From positions 1 to 43,398 of the IMG/VR virus record IMGVR_UViG_3300032144_000025: DNA of 43,398 nucleotides. One strand, given 5' to 3'. This document shows positions 1 through 7,583 of this stretch, in pieces (positions within the stretch are counted from its first letter, which is position 1; each line of letters begins with the position of its first letter). The stretch is from a virus. The notes below the pieces were generated by a model that was not told the DNA's origin, ran no database searches, and saw nothing but the letters and a program-made list of their open reading frames with translations. The position numbers were made by a program, and so were the translations under genes.

Positions 1-127
1 TCCCTGGCGGCGGGCTGGTGCGGCAGTGCATCCAGCCGGCTGATGGTTACTGCTTTCTGGAGCGGGACTACTCCGGCGTGGAGCTTTGCACGTTCGCCGC
101 CGTCGCCGGGCGGTCCGTGGGCGACTG
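1..127. repeat. Terminal overlap: nt 1-127 are identical to nt 43272-43398. This is a circular-assembly overlap, not a biological terminal repeat.
   Basis: Direct comparison of the first and last lines of the window. The 127 nt lie inside the DNA polymerase reading frame, in the motif A region DYSGVELC. Confidence 0.95.
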
Positions 128-875
128 GTCGATGGCGAACACCATCAATGCCTCGGGCGACCCCGGCTTCATGCACGCCGTGTTGGGCGGCCACCTGCTG
201 GGAATCTCGCCGCAAGAGCTTCTGAAGCGCCGCAAGGCCGGCGACGACCTGGCCGAGAACGCGCGCACCCGCGCGAAGAACGCCAACTTCGGTTTCATCG
301 GGGGGTTGGGCTACCGTAAGTACGTGGATTACGTACGGATGTTGTCCAAGGGGAAAATCATCCTGACCCTGGAGGAGTCGAAGGCTCTGCGCGACGCCTG
401 GGCCGAGGCCGTGCCAGCAGGCCCGGCGTACCTGAAATTCGTCGGGTCGACCGAGCGTTTCGACGGGACGTACGAGGCCTACATAGACGGCGTTGAAATC
501 ACCCGCCGCGGCCTCTGGTACGCCGCGGCCGCGAACTGCCGTTTCCAAGGCCTGGCCGCGGGGATTATGCACGAGGCAGGCTGGCGCCTGGCCAAAGCGC
601 AGTACCTGCCAGGTGGCGCGCTGTACGGCGTGCGGACAGTCTCGTTCGTGCACGACGCTTTCATCCTGGAGGCGCGGGCGGATGATTCACTGCACGACGT
701 CGACGTCGTGTTCGAGCGGATTCTGCGCGAGGCCGCGGCGGAGGTGATGCCTGAAGTCATCACGAAGTCTGAAGGCCACGCGGCCTACTCGCTGGCTAAG
801 AAGGTCGACGGGCAGAAAGTATCCCGCGTCGAGAAAAACGGCCAGCTGGTTCCGTGGACGCCTAAGGCTACGTGA
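1..875 (+). CDS. Family A DNA polymerase, C-terminal part. It continues the ORF 42335..43398 across the circular junction.
   Basis: Frame is open from the window start. Motif A is [10 protein letters not shown], motif B is RTRAKNANFGFIGGLG and motif C is VSFVHDAFILE. Stop TGA at 873-875. The same frame as the 3'-open ORF at the window end once the 43,271-nt offset is applied. Confidence 0.9.
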   Translation, partial: PGGGLVRQCIQPADGYCFLERDYSGVELCTFAAVAGRSVGDWSMANTINASGDPGFMHAVLGGHLLGISPQELLKRRKAGDDLAENARTRAKNANFGFIGGLGYRKYVDYVRMLSKGKIILTLEESKALRDAWAEAVPAGPAYLKFVGSTERFDGTYEAYIDGVEITRRGLWYAAAANCRFQGLAAGIMHEAGWRLAKAQYLPGGALYGVRTVSFVHDAFILEARADDSLHDVDVVFERILREAAAEVMPEVITKSEGHAAYSLAKKVDGQKVSRVEKNGQLVPWTPKAT

Positions 876-913
876 GCTACGTTAAGTGTGCGGTCGAAAA
901 GGAGGCCGCTCGA

Positions 914-1462
914 ATGGACCAAAACCAGAAGAAAGACGCCGGCAAACCCCGTTGGGACCTGTTCCCGTTCGCTGACGTTTCCGTCACCGACCAGGACTAC
1001 CGCGTCCAAGACGTCTTCGACTCGTTGAAGCTCTGGTGGACCGGCCGTCCGTACGGCCTGGAGGTAGCCATCCCGGCCCGCCAGCTGCCGTACCTGGTGC
1101 GCGTGCTCTCGTTCGGCGCGGCGAAGTATTCGCCTCGCGGCTGGGAGGCAGGCATCCCCTTCAGCCGGGTGTTCGCGGCTGCGGCTCGCCACGCCTCGGC
1201 CCACCTCGCCGGCGAGTACCTCGACGAGGAGACCGGCCTGCCGCACGAGTCCCACCTCTGGTGCAACGTGCTGTTCCTGGTCGTCTTCTCCGCGCGCGGC
1301 CGAGAGGACCTGGACGACCGCCCGGAGCCATCGGCCGAGACGACGAAGGCGCTGGACCAAATGAAAGCGCTGATGGCTCAGCTTCAGGGCAAATTTCCCG
1401 TCGCCCGAGGCGAAGGCCTGGGCGACGGCGGCACGGGCGGCGGCGGGAAGGGAGCAAACTGA
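914..1462 (+). CDS. DUF5664-like (dATP/dGTP diphosphohydrolase N-domain-like) nucleotide pyrophosphohydrolase
   Basis: GKPRWDLFPF...VLSFGAAKYSPRGWEAGIPFSRVFAAAARHASAHLAGEYLDEETGLPHESHLWCNVLFL matches the family pattern recalled from memory. ATG 914 is preceded by AGGAGG at an 8-nt spacing. An in-frame GTG at 872 forms a GTGA overlap with the polymerase stop and is an alternative start. Confidence 0.55.
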   Translation: MDQNQKKDAGKPRWDLFPFADVSVTDQDYRVQDVFDSLKLWWTGRPYGLEVAIPARQLPYLVRVLSFGAAKYSPRGWEAGIPFSRVFAAAARHASAHLAGEYLDEETGLPHESHLWCNVLFLVVFSARGREDLDDRPEPSAETTKALDQMKALMAQLQGKFPVARGEGLGDGGTGGGGKGAN

Positions 1463-1465
1463 ACC

Positions 1466-1732
1466 ATGGAATACGTTATTGAAGCTCTCGGGACCGAAAT
1501 CACCTACCGAACCGACGAAGTAGTCGACGTGCGCGTGGTCGACGCGACCACGGTGGTAGTCGACCTGCCGGACGGGTCTACAGACATCTGGCCTGACATG
1601 ACCCGCTGGTTCCTTCGGGACCCCGAGGCCGGCGTGTGCGGCGTCCACCCAGACTACGGCGTGCTCCGGGCGCCCACGGCCGACTGCTCCGCGTGCCGCC
1701 AAGCCTGGGCGGAGAAGGTCGCGCTGCCGTGA
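1466..1732 (+). CDS. Hypothetical protein (88 aa)
   Basis: ATG start, high GC3, and the stop overlaps the next GTG start (GTGA). No recognisable motif. Confidence 0.5.
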   Translation: MEYVIEALGTEITYRTDEVVDVRVVDATTVVVDLPDGSTDIWPDMTRWFLRDPEAGVCGVHPDYGVLRAPTADCSACRQAWAEKVALP

Positions 1733-2346
1733 GCACCCCCACCCACGACGGGAGCCTCCTCGGGGGCTCCCTCCCGGTGTACGCCTACCGCACGCACCGG
1801 GGGCACATGCTCTCGTTCGACGCGCCGGAGACGGCGACCATCGACGTCGAAGACATCGCCCACAACCTAGCCCGCGTGTGTCGCTTCGGCGGCGCGGTGG
1901 ACGAATTCTACTCCGTCGCCAGCCACTGCGTCTACGTGTCGCGGTTCCTGGAGTCGCAAGGGCACTCGGATTACGTGTGCGCAGCCGGGCTGCTGCACGA
2001 CGCGACCGAGGCCTACCTCGGTGACCTGGTCTCTGGGCTGAAGAGCCTCTTTCCGACGTACAAAGCCCTGGAGGACCGCTGGGAAGCACGCATCCAAGAC
2101 CACTTCGACGTGCACTGGTCGGAGGGTCGAGTCAAGCAGGTCGTCAAGGATGCCGACCTGCGCGCGCGCCTCGCCGAGGCCGAAGACCTCTTCAAGGAGT
2201 ACCCCTATCCGCGCGAGCTGCTCTTGGGCGGCGAGGGTAGCCGTCGGCGCGCGCCGGCGACGTGCGTGGCGCTCGCGCCGACGGACGCCGAGTGGGCGTG
2301 GCTGGCGCGCGCTCGCGAGCTGGGGCTGTTTTCGGAGGAGCCATGA
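1729..2346 (+). CDS. HD-domain phosphohydrolase (YfbR/5'-deoxynucleotidase-like)
   Basis: IAHNLARVCRFGG, SVASHCVYVS, GLLHDATEAYLGD (the H...HD...D metal ligands) and KDADLRARLAEAE. GTG 1729 overlaps the upstream stop (GTGA). Confidence 0.7.
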   Translation: MSTPTHDGSLLGGSLPVYAYRTHRGHMLSFDAPETATIDVEDIAHNLARVCRFGGAVDEFYSVASHCVYVSRFLESQGHSDYVCAAGLLHDATEAYLGDLVSGLKSLFPTYKALEDRWEARIQDHFDVHWSEGRVKQVVKDADLRARLAEAEDLFKEYPYPRELLLGGEGSRRRAPATCVALAPTDAEWAWLARARELGLFSEEP

Positions 2347-2813
2347 GGGTTCTGTGCATCGACCCGGGCGAGAAGGCCGGTTTCGCCGCCTCGGATGGCC
2401 GAGGCGGTCTCCTCGTGACGCACGACGCGGCTCTCGTCCCGACCGCTGGTTGGGACGAAGTCGTGCACGAAGCCCAGCACTCCGCGGCCAGCCTCTACCG
2501 AGGCGGCCGGCGGGTGCGGATTTCGCGCAAGTCGCAGCAAACGCTCTCGTTCACAGCGGGCAGGCTGTACGAGAAATTCCCGGCGAGCCGGCGGTACCGC
2601 ATCCTGCCCGACGACTGGCGCGCGCTGCTCTGGCCGGGCTCGCGCCGGCTTCCGAAGAAGGTCGTCCTGGCGCGTCTGGAGACGCTCCTGGGAGACCAGG
2701 TCCCGGCCTCGGTCCCCAAAGCACACCGCCCCGACGTGCTGGAGGCCCGCGGGATTCTGGAAGCGTGGGGCACCCTGACCCAGAAAGAGAAGGAGGCGTA
2801 TCGTGTCGACTGA
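2343..2813 (+). CDS. RuvC-like Holliday junction resolvase
   Basis: N-terminal MRVLCIDPGEKAGFA (catalytic Asp in IDPG) and C-terminal HRPDVLEARGILEAW (D..EA motif). ATGA overlap with the HD gene stop. Confidence 0.55.
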   Translation: MRVLCIDPGEKAGFAASDGRGGLLVTHDAALVPTAGWDEVVHEAQHSAASLYRGGRRVRISRKSQQTLSFTAGRLYEKFPASRRYRILPDDWRALLWPGSRRLPKKVVLARLETLLGDQVPASVPKAHRPDVLEARGILEAWGTLTQKEKEAYRVD

Positions 2814-3033
2814 GTGTGGGGCGCGACCCGTGGACGGCGAAGTCGTGGACGTCGACGAGCTGAAGCGAAACGACCTACTGTTCTCGGCTAGGACGCCCGG
2901 CTTCCGCCCGTCGTGGAATCGCATCATCGCCACCGACGCCGACACGGTAACCTTCGTCAACGGCGCCCGGGTGACGAAGAAATGGCTCGGGTCGACCATT
3001 ACGGTCTTCCGCCCGACGGTGGTGCCGACGTGA
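2803..3033 (+). CDS. Hypothetical protein (76 aa)
   Basis: GTG start, compact spacing between neighbours, and the stop overlaps the next GTG. No motif. Confidence 0.4.
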   Translation: MSTECGARPVDGEVVDVDELKRNDLLFSARTPGFRPSWNRIIATDADTVTFVNGARVTKKWLGSTITVFRPTVVPT

Positions 3034-3749
3034 ACCTCGAACACGCGCCGATTGCCGCCGGGTCGCCCGACCAACAGGCGCGGTTCTGGTCTCACGTGAA
3101 GAAGACAGAAGGCTGTTGGCTTTGGACGGGGTCCCGCCTGAAGGGCGGGACCTGGTATGGCCAAGCAAAGATGCTCCCGTGGCGCGGGCTTGTAGCACAC
3201 CGCGTTTCCTGGGTTCTGCACAACGGGCCTATTGCGCCCGGGATGTTCGTGCTGCACACTTGTGACAATCCGGCATGCGTACGCCCGGACCGCCTCCGCC
3301 TCGGCACACAGTCCGAGAACATGAAAGAATCCTATGCCAAAAACCGCAAGCAGCCGTGGTCGCTCCGCTACACGCAAGATTGCGCTCATCCCAGATATAC
3401 ATGCGCCGAATCACGACAAGCGTGCGTGGCGGCTTGTCGTGAAAGCGCTGACCGCCTGGAAGCCAGACTTGATTATCCAGATGGGAGACCTGATAGACCT
3501 GGCCTCGGTGAGTACGTATGCGAAGCATCCGGCCAAGACCAAGTCGCTTGCGCAGGAAGTGGAGAGCGCTCGCGACATCGTGGACGACATCGCTGGAATT
3601 GGCGCGAAGGAAGTCGTTGTCACACTCGGAAATCACGATTCCAGAGCGTCCTCTTATCTGGTAGCGAACGCCCCAGACTTTCTACCGTTTTTCGATATCG
3701 ACAAAGTCCTGGGCCTACACCGCCCGGGCTGGACGGTGGTGCCTTATAA
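3030..3749 (+). CDS. HNH endonuclease (HNH_3-type, freestanding, homing-endonuclease-like). The conserved domain ends near nt 3350 but the frame stays open to 3749.
   Basis: EGCWLWTG...YGQAK...VAHRVSWVLHNGPIAPGMFVLHTCDNPACVRPDRLRLGTQSENMKES is paralogous to the 41985..42338 product. GTG 3030 gives a GTGA overlap with the upstream stop. There is no in-frame stop until 3747-3749. Confidence 0.65.
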   Translation: MNLEHAPIAAGSPDQQARFWSHVKKTEGCWLWTGSRLKGGTWYGQAKMLPWRGLVAHRVSWVLHNGPIAPGMFVLHTCDNPACVRPDRLRLGTQSENMKESYAKNRKQPWSLRYTQDCAHPRYTCAESRQACVAACRESADRLEARLDYPDGRPDRPGLGEYVCEASGQDQVACAGSGERSRHRGRHRWNWREGSRCHTRKSRFQSVLLSGSERPRLSTVFRYRQSPGPTPPGLDGGAL

Positions 3750-4104
3750 AGAGACCTACGAAATCGGACAGTTGCGTGTGACACACGACGTCGGCCGCGC
3801 CGGCGTACAGGCCGCCCGCCAGTCTGTGGTTGACGTCGGCGATAATATCGTTTTTGGGCACACCCACAGGATGCAAGTGTCGTACCAAGGCACTCAAGCA
3901 GGTAAGCGCCATGTAGGCGCGACGCTCGGCTGGTTGGGGGACAGCGAGCACATCGACTACAGGCACAAGGACATGGTCAAGAGAGACTGGCAGTTGGGCT
4001 TTGGTGTGGCTCACATGACGCCGGACGGCGCATTTTGGCTTCAGGCTATCCCTATCGTCGACTACCGCTGTATCATCGACGGGGTGGTGTATGTGCAGCG
4101 TTAA
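3334..4104 (+). CDS. Calcineurin-like metallophosphoesterase
   Basis: Motifs IPDIHAPNHD, MGDLIDL, LGNHD and GHTH in canonical order. An in-frame TGA at 3322 means ATG 3334 is the first possible start. Confidence 0.8.
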   Translation: MPKTASSRGRSATRKIALIPDIHAPNHDKRAWRLVVKALTAWKPDLIIQMGDLIDLASVSTYAKHPAKTKSLAQEVESARDIVDDIAGIGAKEVVVTLGNHDSRASSYLVANAPDFLPFFDIDKVLGLHRPGWTVVPYKETYEIGQLRVTHDVGRAGVQAARQSVVDVGDNIVFGHTHRMQVSYQGTQAGKRHVGATLGWLGDSEHIDYRHKDMVKRDWQLGFGVAHMTPDGAFWLQAIPIVDYRCIIDGVVYVQR

Positions 4105-5453
4105 CGCCGCCCGCCGCGCCCTCGCCGATTCCGCTGGACGTCAGCCAGCCGCTTGCGAATCTCCTGCTCCGGAGTCAGTGTCGGCTCCCACGAAGTCTGG
4201 AGACTGAAGCCTTGGCCCTGTAGCGCATACTGGAGCGCGTCGGTGCACTCGTCGACGTAGCCCTCTCGATGGTCATCCCGTTCCAGGTTCCAGGGCAGGC
4301 CGCGCCATTCCTCCAGTACCTGGCCGCAAGCCCCAAGCGTTCCCGTCAACGTGCGCGAATCGAGCATGCTCCGAACCTGCTCGATGCGCATCCGACGGGA
4401 GCGCTTGTCTGCGGCTGTAGCAGGCAGGCCGTACTGAGCGGCCAAGGTCTCCATCAACGTCCGTCCGCCGCCGCCGGCTGTGTCGACGAAGATTTCGGAG
4501 ACGTTGTGCTGCACGCGCATCCGCTCGGCGATGGCCGCGATTCGCGGTAGAGTCAGCTCTCGCTCTCGGTACGTTTCGACGATGTGGGCCCCGGGCTGGC
4601 CCTCGCGAGCACGCACCACGCAGAACCCGGCGCCGTCGTCCCACCCGATGTCGAGGCCCAGGGTGGTGTACTGCGTCGGCCGAGGCGTCGGCTCGTAGAA
4701 CTGGTCGAGCGGCGGGATGCGGTAAATCAGCACGCCCTCGTCCCGCACGCGGTGGCCGAGGTACTCGCGTCGGTAGGTCAGGTTCGTCGCGTCGCCCGCG
4801 AACCGCTCGGCCAAGGCCTCGGCCAGCAGCTCCGCGCCGGGCCGCGCGAGGTGCGGGTTGTCCGCCATCGTGTCGGCGAAGTGGGCCCCGCGGGCCTCAC
4901 ATCGCGCCATCATGTCCTCGTAGAACCCGAGGCCGGTGTCGGACGGCGTGCCGGTCAAGGCCAGGTCGCCGTCGGTGTCCGCCAGCGCGGGCTCGATGAC
5001 GTCGCGCACGGCGTACTCCAGCAGTGCGTCCGGAATCTGGCCACACTCGTCGAGCGCCACGCGGTGGATTTTCGGGATGCCGCGGATGTGGTTGACCTGG
5101 CGTCGGTCCTTCAGCCCGACCAGGTAGACGGTGAAGCCGTTCGGGAACGTCCACGCCGCGTCCAGGGTGTTGTAGGTCGCACCCCACTGCAGGGTGCGGT
5201 TCAGGTAGTCCAGCGCGTCCCAAATGATACGGACCGCGTGCTCGGTCGTGAGTGCACCGAAGATAGACGATTGTCCCGGGCGGTGGGCCCATTCTTCCGT
5301 CAGCCAGACGCCCACGGCGAAGGTCTTGCCCGTCCGGCGGCCCGAGCAATTCGTTCGGAACTTAGCGATTTTACTGACGAATCGAATCTGGTGTGGGGCG
5401 AGCAGTCGGCGCGCCGGCGGGATTTTCAGCAGCTTCGTGAGCGGGGCTAGCAC
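4101..5453 (-). CDS. terL: Terminase large subunit
   Basis: Walker A-like CSGRRTGKTFAVG and Walker B-like RVALDECGQI. C-terminal RNase H-like nuclease acidic motifs LGLDIGWDDG and IFVDTAGGG. 450 aa, divergent from the portal gene. GTG start. Confidence 0.85.
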   Translation of the reverse strand: MLAPLTKLLKIPPARRLLAPHQIRFVSKIAKFRTNCSGRRTGKTFAVGVWLTEEWAHRPGQSSIFGALTTEHAVRIIWDALDYLNRTLQWGATYNTLDAAWTFPNGFTVYLVGLKDRRQVNHIRGIPKIHRVALDECGQIPDALLEYAVRDVIEPALADTDGDLALTGTPSDTGLGFYEDMMARCEARGAHFADTMADNPHLARPGAELLAEALAERFAGDATNLTYRREYLGHRVRDEGVLIYRIPPLDQFYEPTPRPTQYTTLGLDIGWDDGAGFCVVRAREGQPGAHIVETYRERELTLPRIAAIAERMRVQHNVSEIFVDTAGGGGRTLMETLAAQYGLPATAADKRSRRMRIEQVRSMLDSRTLTGTLGACGQVLEEWRGLPWNLERDDHREGYVDECTDALQYALQGQGFSLQTSWEPTLTPEQEIRKRLADVQRNRRGRGGRR

Positions 5454-5459
5454 AGAACT

Positions 5460-5488
5460 ATCGTACGGCCGGCTTGACCGGCTGTCCA
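5460..5488 (-). promoter_or_regulatory. Candidate sigma70-type promoter for terL: TGGACA-17-TACGAT, with GTG start 6 nt after the -10 (leaderless)
   Basis: Minus strand reads TGGACA GCCGGTCAAGCCGGCCG TACGAT AGTTCT GTG. Confidence 0.4.
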
Positions 5489-5502
5489 GTTCTGGTTATG
5501 CT
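5474..5502 (+). promoter_or_regulatory. Candidate sigma70-type promoter for the portal operon: TTGACC-17-TATGCT
   Basis: Plus strand reads TTGACC GGCTGTCCAGTTCTGGT TATGCT. It interdigitates with the terL promoter. The -35 sits in the loop of GCCGG-CTTGA-CCGGC. Confidence 0.4.
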
Positions 5503-5511
5503 GTTACCCGT

Positions 5512-5585
5512 GGGAGCCTACGCCACACCTCCGCCGCGCGCGGCCGGCTTCGACGCCGCGCCCTCCCACCCAGGCGTAGGCTCCC
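5512..5585. repeat. Perfect 13-bp inverted repeat GGGAGCCTACGCC / GGCGTAGGCTCCC separated by 48 nt
   Basis: Arms at 5512-5524 and 5573-5585, in the terL-portal divergent intergenic region. This is the predicted 5' leader of the portal transcript. Confidence 0.85.
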
Positions 5586-5597
5586 GCGTCTACTAAG

Positions 5598-7583
5598 ATG
5601 GCGATTTTCTTCGATAAACCATGGTGGGAGCTTCCCGCCGCACAGGCCGCGTCGGCCATCCTGGAAATCGAAACGGAGTACGCCCGGTCGTCTTCGTGGC
5701 GTCGCCAGCTGGCCCGCAGGCTCGCGGGGATGTACCACGGCCGAAACCTCGACACGCCGTTCGCGCGCTCCGACACTTTTTCCTGGTACACCGACCCGAA
5801 CAACCAGTCGGACGTCGACGCAGACCTCGACGAAGTCCGGTTGCTGCGGAACAAGTCGTTCGAGTACACGGAGACGGCGGTCGGCAAAATCGGCGCCGAG
5901 GACGCGCCGCAGCCGGCCCTGATGGTGACGGACGGCGACTGGGAGCTGAAGCGCAAGGTCACCCTCAACACGCGCCTACTGGAGGCCGAGTACGACCAGC
6001 GCCAGGGCCAATATGAAAACCTGCACGCCCTCACCCGCCAGGGCCTGCGCGTGGCGTTCTCGTCGACCGGCTCGGTCGCGGCCAAGATTTACCCATGGCC
6101 GCGCGAGGACCGCGTCGTTGTCGAGCTGCACGACACGCTCGATATGTTCCTCGACGACACCGAGCTGACCTACTCCAACCCGCGCACGTTCGGCGAGGTC
6201 ACGTGGTGGCCGCCGGCCCGGCTGATTCAGAACTACCCGAAGCACGCGGCGGCCATCAAAACCTCCCTGGAGCCGCGCAAGGACCGCGGCGGGCTGGTCT
6301 ACACCGGCGGCCCAGGCGCGCTGACAGAGCTGGTCCCGATATGGGAGGCTTGGGCCATCAAGGTCGGCGACGAGCCCGGTCGTCATATCGCGTGCCTGCG
6401 CAACGGGGCCGTGCTCGTGGACGAAGAGTGGGACGAGCCCGAACCGCCGTTCGCTTTCTTCCACTGCTCGCCGGCGCTGGCCGGTTTCTGGGCCACGGCG
6501 CCAATCGCCGTCGTCTACGACGAAATCATCAAAATCAACGAAATCGTCTCGACGGCTGACTTCGCGCACACGCACACAGCGAAGCAGGTCCACTACGTGC
6601 ACGAGGGCTCGGTCGAAGACCTCGGCGACCTGGAGACCGTCGCGACCGTCAAGGTCGTCCGCACGAAGCTGGCCAACTACGCCCCGACCGTGGCCAACCC
6701 GGCGCCGTTCAACCGAATGGACCTCGACCTGCTGGCCAACCACGAGGCCGCCATTGCGCGGACTCTCGGGATTGATGAGATGCACTCCGGGGCCAAGGCC
6801 GAGCCCGGCCTCCCGTCCGCCGTCGCTCAGCGCGAGGCCGCGAGCCGGTTCGACGACCGGTACGCCAGCATGCACCGCGCTTTCGTCCACTGGGTCGCCG
6901 TCGACATCGGCCGCCACGTGCTGAAGGCGCAGCGCGAGCTGTACGCCAAGAATCGCGCGTTCAAGCGCCACTGGACCGGCGAGCTGTTCGAGAAAAGCAT
7001 CTCGGCCAAGGACATCCTCGACCTGGACTTCGAAGCTCTCCAGGTCCGCGTCAAGCCCATTTCGGAAAAGAAGAACACGCCGGAGGAGCGGGTCCAGTAC
7101 GCGCAGGAGCTGGCCGAACAGGGAGCCATCCCGTTCGAGGCCTACATGGCCGTCCTGGAGCACTACGACACGCCCGGCGAGACGCGCGTCATCAAAACGC
7201 AGCGGCGCTGGGTCGCGTGGCAAATCGACGAGTGGCTCATGACCAACCCGAACGAGCCTGTCAAGTACCAGTCGCCTCGTCCGTGGATGCGCAAGGGCGA
7301 CGCGCTTATCCAGGTCATCGACGCCCTTATGGAGGCCGAGCTGAACGACGCGCCTCCGGAGCGCCTGCAATACTTCCTCGATTTCATTGCAGAACTCACC
7401 CAAATGATGTCCGCCGAAGTCGCCCCGCCGCAGGCCCCGCAGGCCCCGCTCGGCGCGCTGCCGCCCATGCAGGGCGCGGCCGGCATGAACGCAGGAGCCC
7501 AGGGCTTGATGGCCCCCGGGCTCGCGCCCGGCGCCGGCGTCCCCGGCCCAGCCCTACCCCCACCCGCAGGAGCCCTACCGTGA
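5598..7583 (+). CDS. Portal protein
   Basis: 661 aa, divergent neighbour of terL and immediately followed by a scaffold-like gene. Low-complexity A/G/P/M-rich C-terminus as in podovirus portals. The call rests on size and synteny, not a diagnostic motif. Confidence 0.65.
   Translation: MAIFFDKPWWELPAAQAASAILEIETEYARSSSWRRQLARRLAGMYHGRNLDTPFARSDTFSWYTDPNNQSDVDADLDEVRLLRNKSFEYTETAVGKIGAEDAPQPALMVTDGDWELKRKVTLNTRLLEAEYDQRQGQYENLHALTRQGLRVAFSSTGSVAAKIYPWPREDRVVVELHDTLDMFLDDTELTYSNPRTFGEVTWWPPARLIQNYPKHAAAIKTSLEPRKDRGGLVYTGGPGALTELVPIWEAWAIKVGDEPGRHIACLRNGAVLVDEEWDEPEPPFAFFHCSPALAGFWATAPIAVVYDEIIKINEIVSTADFAHTHTAKQVHYVHEGSVEDLGDLETVATVKVVRTKLANYAPTVANPAPFNRMDLDLLANHEAAIARTLGIDEMHSGAKAEPGLPSAVAQREAASRFDDRYASMHRAFVHWVAVDIGRHVLKAQRELYAKNRAFKRHWTGELFEKSISAKDILDLDFEALQVRVKPISEKKNTPEERVQYAQELAEQGAIPFEAYMAVLEHYDTPGETRVIKTQRRWVAWQIDEWLMTNPNEPVKYQSPRPWMRKGDALIQVIDALMEAELNDAPPERLQYFLDFIAELTQMMSAEVAPPQAPQAPLGALPPMQGAAGMNAGAQGLMAPGLAPGAGVPGPALPPPAGALP

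Noticed and set aside
1-127. The 127-nt identity between the window ends as a biological direct terminal repeat, as in T7-like phages
   Set aside because: It falls in the middle of the DNA polymerase coding sequence (motif A region), and the reading frame is continuous across it. It therefore reflects circular assembly overlap. The true packaging termini cannot be inferred from this sequence.
785-2089. 434-aa minus-strand ORF
   Set aside because: It is antisense to three plus-strand genes with clear motifs (DUF5664-like, HD). Its translation is Arg/Pro/Gly-rich low complexity, typical of shadow ORFs in high-GC DNA.
872-2346. A 2-aminoadenine (Z-genome) or other modified-base pathway
   Set aside because: Only the two hydrolase-type genes are present. 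No PurZ-like adenylosuccinate-synthetase homologue, glycosyl- or methyl-transferase, or deazaguanine gene could be recognised anywhere in the genome.
3330-3345. Programmed ribosomal frameshift at gccaaaaacc fusing the HNH to the phosphoesterase
   Set aside because: The sequence is not a canonical X_XXY_YYZ slippery heptamer in the HNH frame, and no obvious downstream stimulatory structure is present. The phosphoesterase also has its own ATG just after an in-frame stop. It is kept only as a minor possibility inside the HNH-overlap finding.
5976-7403. 475-aa minus-strand ORF inside the portal gene
   Set aside because: Antisense shadow ORF with R/G/V/L-biased composition and no motif. The portal frame has the coherent protein-like sequence and the expected synteny.
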